DNA from: Octopus sinensis
Taxonomy: Eukaryota
Assembly: GCF_006345805.1 (NCBI RefSeq)
Contig: NW_021833856.1
Location: 1 to 53,365 of the forward strand
Direction: 5' to 3'
Length of the DNA: 53,365 nt
In this document: one piece after another, positions 50,473-53,365 of the stretch
How the letters are laid out: each line of letters begins with the position of its first letter
How positions within the stretch are numbered: the stretch's first letter is position 1
Notes under the pieces: model-generated
Databases searched by the model: none
What the model was told of the DNA's origin: nothing
The model's input: only the letters and a program-made list of their open reading frames with translations
Made by a program: the position numbers and the translations under genes

Positions 50473-51118
50473 GGTAAGACTTCCGCCCGTCCCCCACAAA
50501 AAACCACCCGTTTTTGAAATTTTTTTTTCGACACAACTCCCCCCACCTCCTTTTCGGCTTCGGGGTATACGAATCTGCAAAAAAATTGGCAAAAATCAGC
50601 ATTTTAAATTTTCACCCACACACTTCCTTCATTTTTTTACGATTTTCAGAATTTCTTTTTTAAATGCAGAAAAATGCGAAGATTATGATTCTGAAAAAAA
50701 TTTTTTCTAATTTCTGTAAAATTTTTTTTAAATTCTGTAAAATTTTTTTTAACAATTATTTTGTTTCTAAATATAGGGAAAAATACGGGGATTATAATTC
50801 GGACAAAAATTTCAAAACATTTCTGTAGTTACGGTTCGAGTTAGGGTTTTAGAGTTAGGTTTAGGGTTAGAGTTAGGGTTTTAGGGTTTGGGTTAGGGTT
50901 ACGGTTTTAGGGTTTGGGTTAGTGTCGGGGAAAAAAGTCAAAATTGAAGAATTTCAGGAGGAAAGGGGGGGGGGGATAATTTAACAATGCCGATTTTTGA
51001 CAATTTTTCGGAACCTCTGTATCCGAAAACGTGGGTTTTGGGAAAAAAAAAAAAAAAATTTAATAAACAAATTTGCGAGAAAATGGGGTGGGGTGGGAGA
51101 ACGGACGGAAGTCTTTCC
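50473..51118. mobile_element. MITE family M3 (GG termini, 8-bp TSD, telomere-like array)
   Basis: TIRs GGWAAGACTTCCGYCCGTYC; TSD ACATACCT/ACATACGT (7 of 8); degenerate GGGTTA/GGGTTT array at 50838-50925. Confidence 0.75.
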
Positions 51119-52279
51119 ACATACGTATTCCATTGTTCAGTTTTGGCAATCTGATAAGTTATGGGTACGTAACTTATAAACACACGCGCGCGCGCGCGCC
51201 CGAGTACATTTAGATATATAGATAGATACACACATACACGTATGAATGTTTTTATTTATCTGCCAATCAATCAGTCTATCTGCGTGCGTATGTGTGTGTG
51301 TGTAAATTTTAACCCGAGTTTCACGCTCACGTCTTTTGATCTTATGCATGCATATGTATATATACTCTTTTACATAATTCAGTCATTTCACTGTGGCCAT
51401 GCGAACTTCCCTCGTATTGCAAATCTTAAAAAATAATTACGATATAACATTTGAATATTATAGTACAGACACATTTGCCCAATCCCAGGCAAAATCAAAA
51501 TCACCAATGGCACCTTCATAGTAAAATCCATCCCTGGATTCAAATTACAATCTACCATCCATCGCAAGTAGATGCAGATTTTGTTCTTTTTATTTTCTAA
51601 AGCTGTTCTGTCTGTCTGTCTCTCTCTGTCTCTCTCTCTCTCTCTCTTTCTTTATACCCTCTCCTTCAAACACTCATACGTCGAAATCGACGGGAGCAGC
51701 CATCGTCATTGTAGTCCTAGATTACAGCGTGCAAGAAAAACAGCAGAAAAAAGCACAAACAGAAGAACAATGTAGGCCTTGGATTAGTTCAATCGGGGTT
51801 TACCTGGAATTAAAATAGCAACATTTTCCCCTCGAACATACGCGCATGCGCTCACACATAACCACAAACACACCCACAAACACTTGGCAACGCTGGAGCC
51901 TGTCAGTCATGGAAAACTGCGGACCGCGGGACTTTTACAATGGCACTCCAAAAGAAAAATTCCTTAGACTTTTCTAGAAATGCGGCCCGGCTAATGATGC
52001 TTCATGTCTCATGCGGCCCGTTTCTTGGAAAAGGTTGACCATACCTGCGCTATATGGTCGTTCGATCTGTGAGAAATAGTAGCCAAAATTTCCTCAAAAA
52101 AAGCTTGGGGCCTTAAAAAAGATATGAGGATCCATTGGTTAATGCAATCATCATACAAAATATTGGGTGGATACGGGATGGCTATGGTTGGAAGGCCTTT
52201 TTTTTTTAATAGTTGAATCACTTGATCATAGTAAATCTAGGACAAATACAAGAACAAAAACAACACGAACACACAGACA

Positions 52280-52334
<55 letters not shown>

Positions 52335-52398
52335 GCACACACAGAATATACTGCATGCACTGTTTGATACATACACATTTGCGCGCATTTATGGTCAG

Positions 52399-52698
52399 AC
52401 GAGCACAAACAAGCAGATAAAACACCCTCCACAGACTCACACATACACGCACGAGCACAAACGGGTACATAAACACCCTCCACAGACTCCCACATACACA
52501 CGACACAAACGGGTACATAAACACCCTCCACAGACTCCCACATACACACGAGCACAAACGGGTAGATAAAACACCCTCCACAGACTCCCACATACACACG
52601 AGCACAAACGGGTAGATAAAACACCCTCCACAGACTCACACATACACACGAGCACAAACGGGTAGATAAAACACCCTCCACAGACTCACACATACACG
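52399..52698 (+). repeat. 50-bp minisatellite, about 6 copies
   Basis: Unit CGAGCACAAACGGGTAGATAAAACACCCTCCACAGACTCCCACATACACA; ggtagataaa recurs at 52561, 52611, 52661. Confidence 0.95.
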
Positions 52699-53294
52699 CA
52701 CACACACACGAATACACATCTCCACACATAAACACATAAACAGTGGAAGTGACCAGTGGTCAATTGCCGACTTCATCTTAGGCCAACATGAAAAGGGAGC
52801 GACAACGTTTTCAAACGAATTCCGACCTTTCATCTCAGCTCCTATTTCCGACATACTTTACATCAAAAAAAGATATCGGCGCCAGAGATGCCGATCGAAC
52901 CTACAATCTCTTGGTTGATATATTGAGCAAAAGAACATTTAAGGAACTTTTTTTCCTTGTTGTTTTGTTAAAGTTCGTTTTATCTTTCCCCACGCCCACC
53001 ACTCCTGACTGGATTCTAGAGTATTCGCTATCGCTGTAGATGTTTTCATTCATGCTCTCACGTGTCCGACTGGTGGTGATTGTGCTGTAGGTAGAGGAGG
53101 AGGCCCCGTGGTGAGAGTAGCCTGGTTTTATGGGGAGCAGGGTTAAAAACCATGCAATATCTGTTTCTAAGTTCGCCGTGCGATATCTTTTGGTAAGTTC
53201 AAACCCAACTGACGTCAGGTTCATTTTTCGGCCTTCCGTATGTTGATAATACTATTCAAGTACTTGTAGTCAAATTTCTTTCTTACTCCATCCT

Positions 53295-53343
<49 letters not shown>

Positions 53344-53365
53344 TTTCTTTCTTTCTTCGTCTTTT

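Noticed and set aside
51904-52047. Charlie-like MITE
   Set aside because: Termini only loosely complementary and no TSD.
52399-52698. CRISPR-like periodicity
   Set aside because: Whole units repeat with no unique spacers; eukaryotic context; no cas genes.
53130-53290. Faint homeodomain resemblance on the minus strand (FDYKY...IRKAE; QILxWF)
   Set aside because: Needs frameshifts, spacing is wrong, and WFQNRR is absent.

Overview
AT-rich, microsatellite-saturated eukaryotic DNA. The SINE families, repeat load and TTAGGG motifs point to an octopus/coleoid cephalopod genome (inference, not database-checked). The only host coding sequence I can support is one plus-strand terminal exon (10081-10406) of a ParaHox Cdx/caudal gene. 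It has a complete but unusually substituted homeodomain, and its hexapeptide exon is not in the window. The rest is repeats: two abundant tRNA-derived SINE families, three R4/Dong LINE pieces, and a Penelope-like element with inverted terminal arms. DNA-transposon relics include Tc1/mariner (DD41D foldback, DD36E, mariner MITE), hAT, and GG-ended MITEs with 8-bp TSDs and internal telomere-like arrays (Merlin-like). The most striking unannotated signal is a set of hammerhead ribozyme motifs between 13 and 37 kb, nearly all on the minus strand. Three of them carry three different base pairs at the catalytic-core 3-8 position (C-G, U-A, A-U), and one sits in the loop of a ~167-bp near-perfect inverted repeat. 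Most ORFs in the supplied track are microsatellite or SINE artefacts. No rRNA, true tRNA or CRISPR array is supported.
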